This document shows positions 22,663 to 34,181 of a stretch of 64,000 nt of DNA, piece after piece (the first letter of the stretch is position 1; the number at the start of each line of letters is the position of its first letter). The DNA comes from Lophium mytilinum (Eukaryota), in assembly GCA_010093605.1 (NCBI GenBank), contig MU004185.1, positions 331,334-395,333 on the forward strand, written 5' to 3'. Below the pieces are notes generated by a model. That model made no database searches, was not told the DNA's origin, and saw only the letters and a program-made list of their open reading frames with translations. A program made the translations under genes and the position numbers.

Positions 22663-23423
22663 CTAATTGCAAGCCAAGCTAAGAAGAGAGAAAATTCCAC
22701 CAGCATAACCACTTACAGCTCCAGCGACCGCGCCCATGCCTCCCAATATCTGCGCACAGATATCGCTGTCAACAAGTTCCATCGTGATATCCGCACCAAT
22801 GTTTGGAGGGGCAGCATTCGCCGCTTTGGGGTCCTGAAAGTTAATACCCACGTATTTCGGGATTTCGCACTGCCAGGCAGTTGTTTTCGTAAGCTGGCAG
22901 CCTTTTTCATCACCGCCGCAGCCTTGAGTGTTGACTGAGTTGCCGCAGTTAGCTGCTGCCAAGACCGCAGCCCTCAGCGTATCTACAAGACCTGTAGGAG
23001 GTACGGTTAGCAAGGTGGCTTAGACTGTGGACTCTAGACTACTTACCATTGCGAATCCATGTAGGGTAGGCACCAGAAGGGTCCATGGTGACGACTATCG
23101 GGCCCATTTCGCCGTTGAGGCCTGACGCTTGCCACCAGCCGTCGAAGGTAAGGGGGCTGGTGTCGCATTGACCCGACTCATGGCAAGCTCCTGTAAGCGC
23201 ATCGAACATGGCATTGATATCAACATCGCCGAGCTTTACAGTGTCATGAGAGACTACAGATCTCGTTAGATAGTTATTAGTTGAACTTGAGGGGAGAATT
23301 ACAGGTGAGCTTGATGTTTCCATTTGGGTCCCAAACGCCTGTGTTGTCACGATTGGCGATGTTCGGCAAGGCGTACACAGATGAGGCAGCAATAGTTGCA
23401 AGGGCGATATACTGAGAAAGCAT
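22663..23423 (-). CDS. Secreted cysteine-rich protein (effector candidate), 3 exons
   Basis: Signal peptide MLSQYIALATIAASSVYA at 23423. Two short GT-AG introns with branch points. About 8 Cys. Gly-rich hydrophobic C-terminus ICAQILGGMGAVAGAVSGYAGGIFSLLSLACN. Confidence 0.8.
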
Positions 23424-24304
23424 GTCGATGATTTGTTCGGAAGTTTGGTAAAGAATTTGAATACGGTCTGCGCAGAGGGGTGGTAGGCCTACTATTGAAA
23501 TAGGAGAACGGTTGAGATGGCTGGTAGATATTTCTCAACACACAGCGTGACGACCTAGATTATATACATTCATTGCGCCCCTCCATAATGCCAAGTAATG
23601 CCGAAGGATAGGCTGTTCATCTCCGGTCTGCTGGCCACGATTCCTGCCTCGAGATTGATTTGGGGTTGCTTTTCTGCTTCATCATGCATCTATCTTGGCG
23701 ATAGAATTGCTGACGCCAAGATACCATTATAGCAAGACGAGATTTAAGTCTAAATTTGTGGATGCAGGGGAAATGCTCGGGGGCCTCAGAGCCAATTGGA
23801 GACTTTGGTTCCTGGTGGATCTTGGCTACCGACTCGTGCCGGGCCCGCCCGCCATCGTGTAAGCTGAAAATAGCGTGCCAAGGCGGGTGAGTGTTGGTGG
23901 CTTTCTCCGTAGGTCTGTGCGCAAGGCTGTGTTAAACAGCCCCCAAACCCAACGGCCGCGCCGGCATTGGCTGGGAAGACAACAAACACGAGGCTGAAGG
24001 TCCTACCCAACAGTTGTGGCTCGTTCCCAGTGCAGCCGAGTTGTATTGGCTTGTTTCAAGAGCGCTCAGCCTGATGCTTGTGGGGTCGGCGGTGCTCATC
24101 ATCAAAGTTTCCCAAGCCGCATCACCTCAAAACTGATAGAGTTCCGGTGCGATTCGTTTCCTCTGCAACTTTCTCGTTTTGCGCCGGACTTCGATCAAGG
24201 TACAAGTGGTAGCGTCGTAACCTCGTAGACAATTTAAGAGCTAGCGGAGGATTTCCATCTCGCAGATGATTGCGATCAACCCCAACTCTCATCCGGAACG
24301 CAAG

Positions 24305-24388
24305 CAGGGCTCCCGTCACAAAAAGTGAGACTCTACTTAGTGGGGCGCACGGTGCTTCAGAGTCTCACTTTTTGTGACGGTAGCCCTG
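24305..24388. mobile_element. 84-bp MITE-like element: 30-bp TIRs (CAGGGCT...), 5-bp flanking direct repeat GCAAG
   Basis: CAGGGCTCCCGTCACAAAAAGTGAGACTCT (24305-24334) pairs with 24359-24388 with one mismatch. GCAAG at 24300-24304 and 24389-24393. Confidence 0.7.
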
Positions 24389-25253
24389 GCAAGCGAGCAG
24401 ACTATGACCGGCGACTTCAAAGCTCCTAGTAGACTAAGTTAGGAAGCGCAAATAGTTTCGGGATAGGGATCTTATATCCTAAGCTTTGTCTATACTCCTT
24501 GCTGTCTTTGGAAAATTCTTACTTCGCTGTCAATGCCACAATTCACTATCGACGTGCACGACAGCATCACCTTGACGTGCACGAAGGCGACGATGCGAAC
24601 GTAATTCTTAGGTGGGAGGTGCTATAAGTGTTTAGCAGTGGCCACGGTATACAACTTATACAAAAATGTAGGAATTGTTAATATGTGCATAGAGTCTGAG
24701 TTGCTTAAAGTTAATGTACCCAATGATTTTCTCGCTACCTACGGGTTCCCGCTTCCTAGGGATACACCTTAGTACCTGCATAAGATTTGTTACGTCTTCT
24801 TAATTAAGCGAAGATCCTCAGGTTACCTATATCATTGTCCGTGGATACCTTTCCTTCTTTACAATTACTCTACCTCTTCCATGACAGTCACCACAGCGAG
24901 CAATCACGGTAGCAAACTTGGGTCCATTCCTGTATATCAGCCAGCCTTCCACCTAATATGAGACACTACGGCCTGCAATTAGCAAGACACTGAAATTGCA
25001 AAACGTCTAAGCACGTCATGTACCACTTAATGAGGTCGTTCACCTAACCCACCGCCTGCAGCGAGGCCCCAAGTTTCCCCTACCGACGCCTCGTTGGCAT
25101 TTACCCAACGCAAGATGGAAATCCCGTTCCGGACGAGGGCATAGAAACCTGTAGGTGATCCTAGTGACTTGAAGCCTCCATCCAGTTTACATCCTCTTCC
25201 AACCACAACGCCAACACCACTCGCACCACAGCTCACCCACAACACCACACAAG

Positions 25254-26144
25254 ATGTCTGCCAGATTCCGCTTCGACGATCTTCCGGGTGAGCTTCGAAA
25301 CAGAATCTACGAATACACAGTCAAAGACCCCATCGCTATGGACATCACTCTCGATCCCGCAAACGGCAATCATCGAATCAAGGTAGCCGGAGCTGTTTCA
25401 AACAACTCCCCCTCGGCATTGATACCGTTAAGCATAATCAGCAAGAAGGTCCACGAGGAATCTTCCGGCTTCTTCTGGGCCCAGAACATATTCCGAGCGC
25501 TCGAACACAAACACAACACTCCTCCGCACGACGTCGCCCGAGCCTTCTTCCTAGCCATCGGACCCCTCGGCCGGCGGCTGTTACAGAACTTAAGCCTCGT
25601 CAACGTTGGATCTCTCATCGTGGCCTTGCCCCAGAACACCTATTACGATCCCGAAAGTGCAGCGGACACACCGATCTACGTCCGCCAGGCCAGCCGCAAC
25701 CTGAGTGTACTCAGCATCCAGCTCGGCCGCTGCCAGAGTCTCCAAAAGGCTCACGTGGAATTTGAGCTGGAGGAGGTGTTTTCAAGGTTGGCGAATGGGC
25801 CGGGTCCACTCATGGCGTGGCAGGCGCGACGCCAGCCGGGGTTCGTGGGGATTGGTGAGTTTTGGGCATTAGCACGGAAGGATAGTCTGTTGAGTATCTC
25901 TGACAGTAGTCCGCTCCGCTTATAGGTGTCTATTGTTCGTACGTCCCGACTTAAGATTTTAGAGATTGCATGGAAGCCGTTAGATGATGCGGCGGCTGAC
26001 ATGTTCTTGAACGGTGGAAGACTAGCTATGTGGAGGGGCTTTTCAACTGACCTCCTCAAAGAAGCTGCTATAGACTATTTGCGGTTCTACTTGGAGCCCG
26101 AATGTAGGGTCGTCATCGCTGCAGAGGAGGTTTATGAGGATTGA
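25254..26144 (+). pseudogene. F-box-like family paralog A; in-frame TAG at 25923-25925 (pseudogene or recoded CDS)
   Basis: FDDLPGELRNRIYE, FFWAQNIF, AFFLAIGP. The frame continues past the stop as VSIVRTSRLKILEIAWK...YLEPECRVVIAAEEVYED, aligning with paralogs B and C. Confidence 0.75.
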
Positions 26145-26793
26145 GCTAGAGTACTAGGAGAGCGAAGGCAATGGGAGAGGTTTGGCTTCGACGTATAGTA
26201 CTAGGCCTTGGGTACGGGCACACGGACTCGTCACTCTTCGGATCCAGTCTTGCTTACTTGACTCACTGAGAGGAGTAGCCTAGTTAGTTAGTAGGCATAA
26301 CCTTAAGCAGCGGTCTGATCTGCACTGCCTGGAATAAGACATTACGCTTAGATGCTGAAAGCCTTTGGGAATATTGCAAACGTTGGTGAATGTGTGTGAA
26401 TAGGCTTCTGGCTTATGACTATAGAGGATGTGAGATATGCCTTTTTCTTTGAGATTTATAGGCCTAACGGCAGTGGTATTTCCAAATTGGCATTGTCTTG
26501 AGGGGATATCTTGAGGACTCTTAAAGATTGAGGACTTACCGTTCACCTTCGTCACCTACCTCTTGCAGACAAGATCATCTTACATTCCGCCGCTAACCCG
26601 GGCCAAGAAGAGATCGTGTCATACTGTTAGCATTTACTCTGTACTGAACATAATTCACTTCCCGTGCCTAGACACAAAACCTCGGTACGATCTTCAGGCT
26701 CACAATTTTCTTCCTCCATCGACTCGTCGCCCACACGGCCACCCACACATCCATACACCCACCGACCCGAAGCCGCACCTCTAGCCGCTCGAT

Positions 26794-27669
26794 ATGTCTG
26801 GAAAATTTGCCTTTGCCGAGCTCCCAGGAGAGCTCCAAAACCGAGTCTACGAGTTCACACTCAAAGACCCAGTCGCGTTCGACGTTACTCGCAACCCGGC
26901 CAATGGAAACAAGAAGCAAGTCAAGTTCACCGGAGTCGTGACCAAGCACTCAGCGTCTCCCTTGCTCGCCTTCAGCATGATCAGCCGAAAAGTATATGAG
27001 GACTCCGCCACGTTCTTTTGGCTACAAAACACCTTTCGCGTCCTGGAACAAAAGCACACAACAAGACCACACCAGGTCGCCCGCGCTTTTCTAGCAGCCA
27101 TCGGACCTAGGGGTCGTAGAGTGTTAAAGGACCTCAAGCTCATCAACTACGGTTCTCTCGTTGAAGGCTACGACCGGGCCAATGACCGCACACGCGACAC
27201 CGGCCATGTGAGCCAGCACGTTCGTCAGACTGGCCACGATCTTCAAGTTGTGAGCATTCAGCTTGGCCTGTGCCAGAATCTTCAGTCACTGCACATCGAC
27301 CTTGACTTGGCGGAGTTGTTCTCCTGGCTGGCCAACAGCACTGAGATTTTTCGAGCGTGGCACCAACACCACCTAGCGGAACTCTCGGCATCAGCTTTGA
27401 AGAACTCGGAGGAAGCGGCTCCGCTAGCAAAACGTCAGAAGGTGGAGGAAAAGGAAGTCATGCGACTCCACACCCCACTTAACATGTGGATCTCCGCGGC
27501 TAAGGGTTCCCGAGTGAAGCAGTTGAAGGTTGCTTGGAAAGTGACCGACCAACGGGCTATACGCCTGTTCACTCGTGGTTTCCAGTGGGAACGGGAGCGG
27601 CCGCCGTATGGGGAACTCAAAGCGGTCGCTTTAAGCTACCTCCGTGCCTTCCTGGAGCCCGGTTGCTAG
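26794..27669 (+). CDS. F-box-like family paralog B (homology continues past the TAG to TGA at 27705)
   Basis: 291-aa ORF with FAELPGELQNRVYE, NPANGN and FFWLQNTF; clearly homologous to A and C. After the TAG it reads VVVVAEELVEG*. Confidence 0.8.
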   Translation: MSGKFAFAELPGELQNRVYEFTLKDPVAFDVTRNPANGNKKQVKFTGVVTKHSASPLLAFSMISRKVYEDSATFFWLQNTFRVLEQKHTTRPHQVARAFLAAIGPRGRRVLKDLKLINYGSLVEGYDRANDRTRDTGHVSQHVRQTGHDLQVVSIQLGLCQNLQSLHIDLDLAELFSWLANSTEIFRAWHQHHLAELSASALKNSEEAAPLAKRQKVEEKEVMRLHTPLNMWISAAKGSRVKQLKVAWKVTDQRAIRLFTRGFQWERERPPYGELKAVALSYLRAFLEPGC

Positions 27670-28206
27670 GTGGTGGTCGTGGCGGAGGAGCTCGTTGAAG
27701 GCTGACATAATAGTCCATGGGGATGATGGAAGCATCTCCTAAACTGAATCTCCCCGAGGGTCCAAGAGGATGGGCGTTCTGTGTTTCTCATATCAAGGGC
27801 AGAATAGCAAGCTGGAACAAATACCAATGATTAAGTTCCTGTCGGTTTGCTTACGGCCACGCGCAGATCACCGTTTTGCTCTGCTTAAAATCATCCATTC
27901 ACCTCACTGTCCATTTGTAACAGTTCTCACGTGCGGTTCGAAACTCAGCAATATGGTCTTACGATTCTGGTGGTGTCATTGGCTTTCTAGGTAGTTACTA
28001 AGTTCGCAAAATTACAATCATTCTTTGACATCATTCTATTCGCAGGACGGAACTTTCAAGGTCAAAAATCACACCCAAACTCCTATCGGCTGATCCATCT
28101 TGCCGTTCCGAACTCAATTTAGACAACGGCTCTTACTCTGTGGTTCAATTTCAGCGCGAACCTCCCGTACGATCTTCTCTTGCCTCTTCAAGGGAGCAAA
28201 TCCCGT

Positions 28207-29145
28207 CTAGTCTTCTTCCACGTGCTCCCTCACCACGACTTGGAGGCTGCAGGTAGGTTCGAGGCTGGTACGCAGAAACTGTTCTGCAGCTGCTTTGAGT
28301 TGGTCTTCGTCCGGCCATCGCTTGCCACCGTGGATGAGCTTTCCTAACACCTTGCGGTCATTGGTGTCTTTCCAGGCGATCTTCAATGCCTTGAGGCCTG
28401 AGTTCTTGGCAATGGTTACCAGGAGAGCGAGAATTGTCATTGCCACGCTGCCTGATTCCTTTGAAGCGAGAGCAAGCTCGCGCTGCGCAGCCGCCATAGC
28501 TTCCTCGATGCTCGGATCATATCCACTCGGATTGGCTTGTACCTTGGCCACCGCTGCCCGAGCAGCTGAATGTCGCTGCTCCCACGCGACGAGATCCCAG
28601 GGGTCGGCACCATAGCCACCGAAAAGCTCGCACAGCTCCAGCTCCATGTCCAACGTCTGCAGCTTCTTGCAGCAGCACAGATGCGTCGCGATAATTTGGA
28701 ACGTATAGATCGCTTTATGAACATACTCAGCGGGATATTTTACTAGGACATCTTCATTCTCCCAATCATAGCCCTTGAGCAAAGACCCCACTTTGACCAA
28801 CTGGATGTGCTGGATCTCGTCACGACCTCGAGAACCGATGGCTTTGAGGAACGCGCGGGTGACCACGTAGGGAGCCGTGCCGTATTTGTGCTCTTGGATC
28901 TTGAAGAGGTTCTCACGGAAGACCGACAGCTTAGCCTCCTGGTACAGATTCTTGTCACCTATCAGACTAAAGGCGGTCAAGACAGATGGGTTCCCTGTGG
29001 ACGCTCCGATGACCTTGACTTGCTGATTACCGTTCGCCGGGTCCAGAGTGACCTCCATGCCGGATTGGTCTACGAGTCCGGCGAACTGGTAAACAGAGTT
29101 GCGGAGCTCGCCTGGAAGGGCAGCGAGGTTGAACTTGGCAGCCAT
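28207..29145 (-). CDS. F-box-like family paralog C
   Basis: 312-aa intact ORF with LAALPGELRNSVY, LDPANGN, AFLKAIGS, LKIAWK and LEPTC. Confidence 0.85.
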   Translation of the reverse strand: MAAKFNLAALPGELRNSVYQFAGLVDQSGMEVTLDPANGNQQVKVIGASTGNPSVLTAFSLIGDKNLYQEAKLSVFRENLFKIQEHKYGTAPYVVTRAFLKAIGSRGRDEIQHIQLVKVGSLLKGYDWENEDVLVKYPAEYVHKAIYTFQIIATHLCCCKKLQTLDMELELCELFGGYGADPWDLVAWEQRHSAARAAVAKVQANPSGYDPSIEEAMAAAQRELALASKESGSVAMTILALLVTIAKNSGLKALKIAWKDTNDRKVLGKLIHGGKRWPDEDQLKAAAEQFLRTSLEPTCSLQVVVREHVEED

Positions 29146-29571
29146 GGCTAGTCTTGGTGCTGAAGCTGAGATTGACCTTGAATGTAAGGGTACGCTGGGG
29201 ACGACGTTGTTGTTGATGTGAGTTGATGTGGATGGATGGGAAAAGTAGTGGGATGTGTGAGGCCTTAGAGACGGGACGACTGGGCTTTTATCTCTAAAAA
29301 AAATGAAAGTTCACCGGGCCTTGTGAATTCACGTCGTAGGAGGGGGTGAATTGGATGAGTGTGAACAATGCCGCTAGTAAGAGGACAAGACCGCCCGATA
29401 ACACATTGTGTAAGCTCGTGAAAGATTCCATAGTTCGCACTTTCACTTACCACAATTTCTGACCACTGCTAATACCGCCGTCTATGTAACGGTCCTTAGA
29501 CCACCCCCACCCCCACCACCACCACCACCAACTTCCTTTTGTCTATATAAGAGATCCTGGCTAGCGACGCA

Positions 29572-30456
29572 ATGTCGAGCACCCCGACCCCTTGGGTTAC
29601 CCTCGGCGTGGCTCGTGACGCAAACGAGAAGACTGTTCGTTCGGCATATCATCGACTTGCACGCGAGCACCACCCGGACAAAATCCGGGATCCTACCCGC
29701 CGCACAGCAGGAGAGGAGATGTTCAAGATCATCCAACATGCCTACGAACTTCTCACCAACAAGGTAAAGCGCACCGAAGCTAATACCCAGCCAGAACCCG
29801 ATCCCGAACCGGCGAGGCCTCCTCCAAGACGTCGGACGCCATCCCCCTCGCCGTACGATGGAGTTTTCAGGCCACCGAGCGACTATGGTTCTGACACCGA
29901 GGACGAGGATTCTTACGGATTCCGCCAGCTGGGTCGCCCGGAAGCCGCTGCACGCTCCATTGCACGCAGAGCCAACCGTCTCTTTGATTATGCCCAGGAC
30001 CAGTGGTCGGAAGCAGAGTCGATGCTCGTCCACGCGCAAAACGCAGTACCACCACTCATGACCCTCTACTCTAGCACGAAGCCAACCCTTGGGCCAGAGT
30101 CGTGCCGTGAGGAGCTCGAAAAAGGGCGCATTCCCGAGTCTGTTTTGAATATGCACACGAAAAAGTGGAGCAACTCAGCCGAGAACCTGCGCTGGGCCGT
30201 GCAACTGTTCGATGAAGCTTCGTCCACTTACAAGCGCGCTGAAAAGGTATTCAAACAAGCCGCCAAAGAATTTGACGAACTTAATCTCGACGATGACTGG
30301 CGTGAGAACAGGAATATGGTGGAAGAAGCGCGACGGTTGGCGCCTGAGGCTACTGTGAGGGCTAATGAGAGCCAGAAGAAGTTTGAGAAGACCGAGAGCG
30401 TGGCTTCGGCGTGGAGCGGTGCGGACTCACGATGGCGAGGGGCTCTAGAGGTCTGA
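29572..30456 (+). CDS. J-domain (DnaJ/Hsp40-like) protein with helical C-terminal region
   Basis: PWVTLGV...VRSAYHRLAREHHPDK...FKIIQHAYELL includes the HPD motif. TATATAA at ~29544. Intronless. Confidence 0.85.
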   Translation: MSSTPTPWVTLGVARDANEKTVRSAYHRLAREHHPDKIRDPTRRTAGEEMFKIIQHAYELLTNKVKRTEANTQPEPDPEPARPPPRRRTPSPSPYDGVFRPPSDYGSDTEDEDSYGFRQLGRPEAAARSIARRANRLFDYAQDQWSEAESMLVHAQNAVPPLMTLYSSTKPTLGPESCREELEKGRIPESVLNMHTKKWSNSAENLRWAVQLFDEASSTYKRAEKVFKQAAKEFDELNLDDDWRENRNMVEEARRLAPEATVRANESQKKFEKTESVASAWSGADSRWRGALEV

Positions 30457-31008
30457 AATTCAGATACTGTCTCCTAGTTATGTGAGCGCGATAATAATAA
30501 TGGATACGCTAATTCGAAGAATGCTTACTATGATGATGTGACGCTGATGAGTGAACATGGGCCGAGAAATACATGATATTGCTAGCGAAATTCTGTATTG
30601 TGTGGTGAGGGGCAGAAACTAAACAAAGCACTCCGAATAATTGTGCTGTGCCCTTCGCAACTTGGCTCTCCTGCATCCAATCCAAGCGTTTTAACCATTT
30701 TTATCGTTGAATGGGTATGAAGCATTGATGGCTATAGCTGAGCAAGTTAGAAAGGATACGTTATAAAACGGACAAGACACTTATAGTAAGGATTAGAATC
30801 AATTAGAGTACGGTAGTAAAAGTGGGGCAATCAGAGGCCGAGAATTGCAGACCTCCGAGTCTCTCGGATATTAAAACACCAGCCCTAGCCCCATATATAC
30901 ATCACCATTAATCATTGGAACACCAGGATCATCCACAGCCTCGAATCCACGCAGCCCAAATTGGGGCCTCAGTCCAGTCCAAACCTTTGTTCAGGTAATC
31001 CATCTCCA

Positions 31009-31743
31009 TCACTGGGTGGTGGGAGTTGTTTCATCCAGGCGATAAGCTCCCCAGACTCCGGAATCGGTCCGCACTACCTGCTCGTAGCTGTTCTTCATGT
31101 AGCATGGGCCTGGGGATCCAAAGCGGTATGATACATCAACGCAACCGTCAGTTTCTTCACAGGACTGTCATGTTGGTTAATCTCTAGTGAACTGCAGACG
31201 ACCGTGCGTGTACTCACCTCAATGCAGCTGGGGAAGTCAGACACCCAGGCAATCCCAATATCCGAGCCATACCTGTCCGCCGAGCATTCGATCTTGTATG
31301 CGGATCCGTCCTTCGCAGTATAAGTCGTCCCATCAGTCTCTGGGCAGGCTATGACCTTCGTGGCGGACCAAATGTTGGCATTTGTCTGGGGACCCTCGTT
31401 CCGGTTCTTCATGTAGCAGGCGGCGCCGTTGTAAGAAACGACGATACATCCTGTCGTGCTCTCGCAAGTAGCGATGCAGTTCTCGAGGCTAGTTTCCCAT
31501 GATATTGCGAGGTCGCCACCATCTTCGAATTATAGTTAGATGAGTTCCTCGGTTCGCAGCAGTAAACTTACAGTAGTCGGTACCGCATTGGATGTTGTAG
31601 GTATCAGCGCCAATAGTGTAGGCCTGGCCGTCTGAGACAGGACAGGAAAGTGCCGCAGGCGTCGAGGTGGCGGGCAGGGCTGCAATGAGACTGGGTGCAA
31701 TCGCGAGAAGCGCAGCAATCTTGGTGAGGATGACTTGAGGCAT
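31009..31743 (-). CDS. Secreted protein with two PAN/Apple-like Cys repeats, 3 exons
   Basis: Signal peptide, then two repeats of CP..DG..Y....Y.I.C..D.YG.D....W......CI..C....GC..VSY....CYMKN. Two introns. Stop TGA at 31009. Confidence 0.85.
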
Positions 31744-34181
31744 GATGAATGGCTGTTGCGAATTACACGGACTCGGAACAAGTGAAGAGATCTGAAGGAC
31801 AAGATGAGGCGCGTTGAGAACCGAAGATGCAGAGGACCGTTGAAGGTGAGAAAGGTTTTATATTACTACTCCCTTACCTATCGCAAGATTCCGGCTGATG
31901 ACTGCCCATCGAAAAGGATCGAATAATGGTGGCGTATTTACCTGTTGTAGCCGCGTAAGTGTATATTTTACGATTCGCTGAAGTTCGTTGGACTACAGCC
32001 AAGGGGGAAGATCAGGAGCTAATAACATCTCCATCTTTGATATGGTGTTTCCTAGATAGGCCATTGTGGCGGCTGGTGAGTACAATGGACCATTTTAGCC
32101 GCTTTGAACTTGTCGAAGCGAGCGCACACGGCACGAGGTATAGGCGCTAGTAAAAGCTGCAGAGCTCCCCACCAATCTTGCTGTAGCACCGGCTTCTCAT
32201 CGGAGACTCGGAGAGACGGGCCATAATGGAGCAGGTTGTCTCGTTCTAAGCAATCATGAGATGTCGATGATGCTGGCGTTCCCTCAGCTATTCTATCGGG
32301 GCCGAGGCGCAAAAGCAAGCGAGTCTTGTCGTAATGGACCTCGAGCTTTGTTGGTGGAAGGAGAACGCTGGCGTAATGAGGTTTGGGGGTTTGGAGACAG
32401 GAGGTAAGCTAAAGCCTAATAGAGCCTTAGGATAGAACTAGCGGCTGGACCCCTATCCACAACTCGACTCAAGCTCACCAAAGCTTTCCTAGCGCCGGGA
32501 CTTCTCCTTCGCCCAGCTCGCCACAGCCTTGCTTCCAGAGCATCTATCACAGTTTCCACCAGCCAATCACGAAACTAAGGTTGATGATTGGTCTGACAGT
32601 ATTCCATAGCCCCTTAAGAGGGCAACGCAACAACCTTATTGATTCATCTTCGGCGCTTCGTGCCGTCCGCTTCCAGCAATGTCCTAGTATCGTAAGCTCC
32701 CGCAAGTATGTATCCGGCCATAATGACGGAAATGTCAGAAGTCGGACGCTACGGAGTAGCTAATTCGTCGGGTGCCTGCGCCTGACTTCGGTGACAGGTG
32801 TGGCTTGCGCTGGCCGGCGACGCCGCTGTCTTGCCCTTCTCTCGGGTCCGCCTTGCTTTAGAATATTCCAATTAATCTTCTCACCCCTTTCAGGCTATGC
32901 GTCGCCGCTGTTGTACGATGGACACTATATGCTACTCGTTGGCCGACGAACATCAATGTTTTGTTCTCCAATTTCTCGTACCTGGGTAGATCTCATAGCG
33001 TTGCGATTTAACACCTCCTGATTATCGGACCCAGAATGATACTACGTTGTGCGGCGATTAAACAACCTCTCGCTCTCTAACTTCAAGCAAGAAATCTGAT
33101 GAAATATCATAGTTGACCATATTCAGTCCATTTATAGCTGACAACCTCGGTATATCGAGTGATAGCGCATCACGTGATGCTACTCCTGTCTTCGATAGCT
33201 ACAAAGCTTCTTTCAACAATCCACTTTCTGTTCGTTCGCGTAGCGGTCCTGCATTCTCCTCTTACTGTGGACTACTTGTAATCACCGACAAGATCGCAGA
33301 GTCCATATCTGCAAATCCATCCAAGTGCCCTGTCGATTATCTTCCCGTCCTCCTCATCAACGATCCGCGAAGGTCTCGATCAAAAACCGTCTAACGACGA
33401 TAGTCCAACAACCCCTCACTTTTCGACCCTTATCGCTCTATAGCTATCCTACTCCCCGTTGCGTGTCAATGGCAGGCTCCTTTGGCGAAAACATGGCAGT
33501 TAGCACATCACTTTATGCTTATGTTTTAACAGAACTTGAATGCATATATCCTGTGCACCGGGATTAAAGAACAATCTGCAGAGAGAAATGTTTAGAAACG
33601 TTCCTCAGTGCTCATCAGAAACGTGCTACTTCTGACAGTAGCATTGAGCAGGCAAGGATCGAGTCTGAGCAGACCCACGGCATGATACGAGGACACGTGT
33701 CCGCACCCGATATTGCATCCGCCCGAGTTATTCATTGGCCACAGCGTAACACAATTGTGGTCCAGACAAACGAGTTGGGGTACTCGTTCTTGTCACTGTT
33801 TGGCGTGCACCTATGGGTTCCTCAGAATTCTTACACAAAGTGACGGCGAGGTCAGCTAGGAATTAGGTTATCTCTCGAATGACCGAATACGCTCGAGCTA
33901 GGCTACTCCTCACAGTGGCGTTGAGCGGCCAGGAGTGAAAGCCCTGCAGAGGTATGCCAGTGAGCCCAGGTTTATGCCCTTTCACCTGGTACCTTTGCGT
34001 CATGCCCAAGTTGCCGCCTCTTCGATTACCGAATCCATAGTTAGACCTCGGGTGCTACCTTTTTTTTCTATCGTCTTCATCAACTTCACAAAGCTGCTCA
34101 TAATAACGAGATTACTCCATACAACATCAAGAGTCCCCTCCAACACGTAGGCCTAGAACCCCTTCATCGCCCCCGACCAAA

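Noticed and set aside
25855..25925. Intron removing the TAG in paralog A
   Set aside because: The GTGAGT donor with the available AG acceptors gives 52, 55 or 71 nt, all frameshifting, and the region aligns as coding with paralog B.
32800..33560. Possible decayed gene remnant
   Set aside because: Multiple stops in every frame and no recognisable family.
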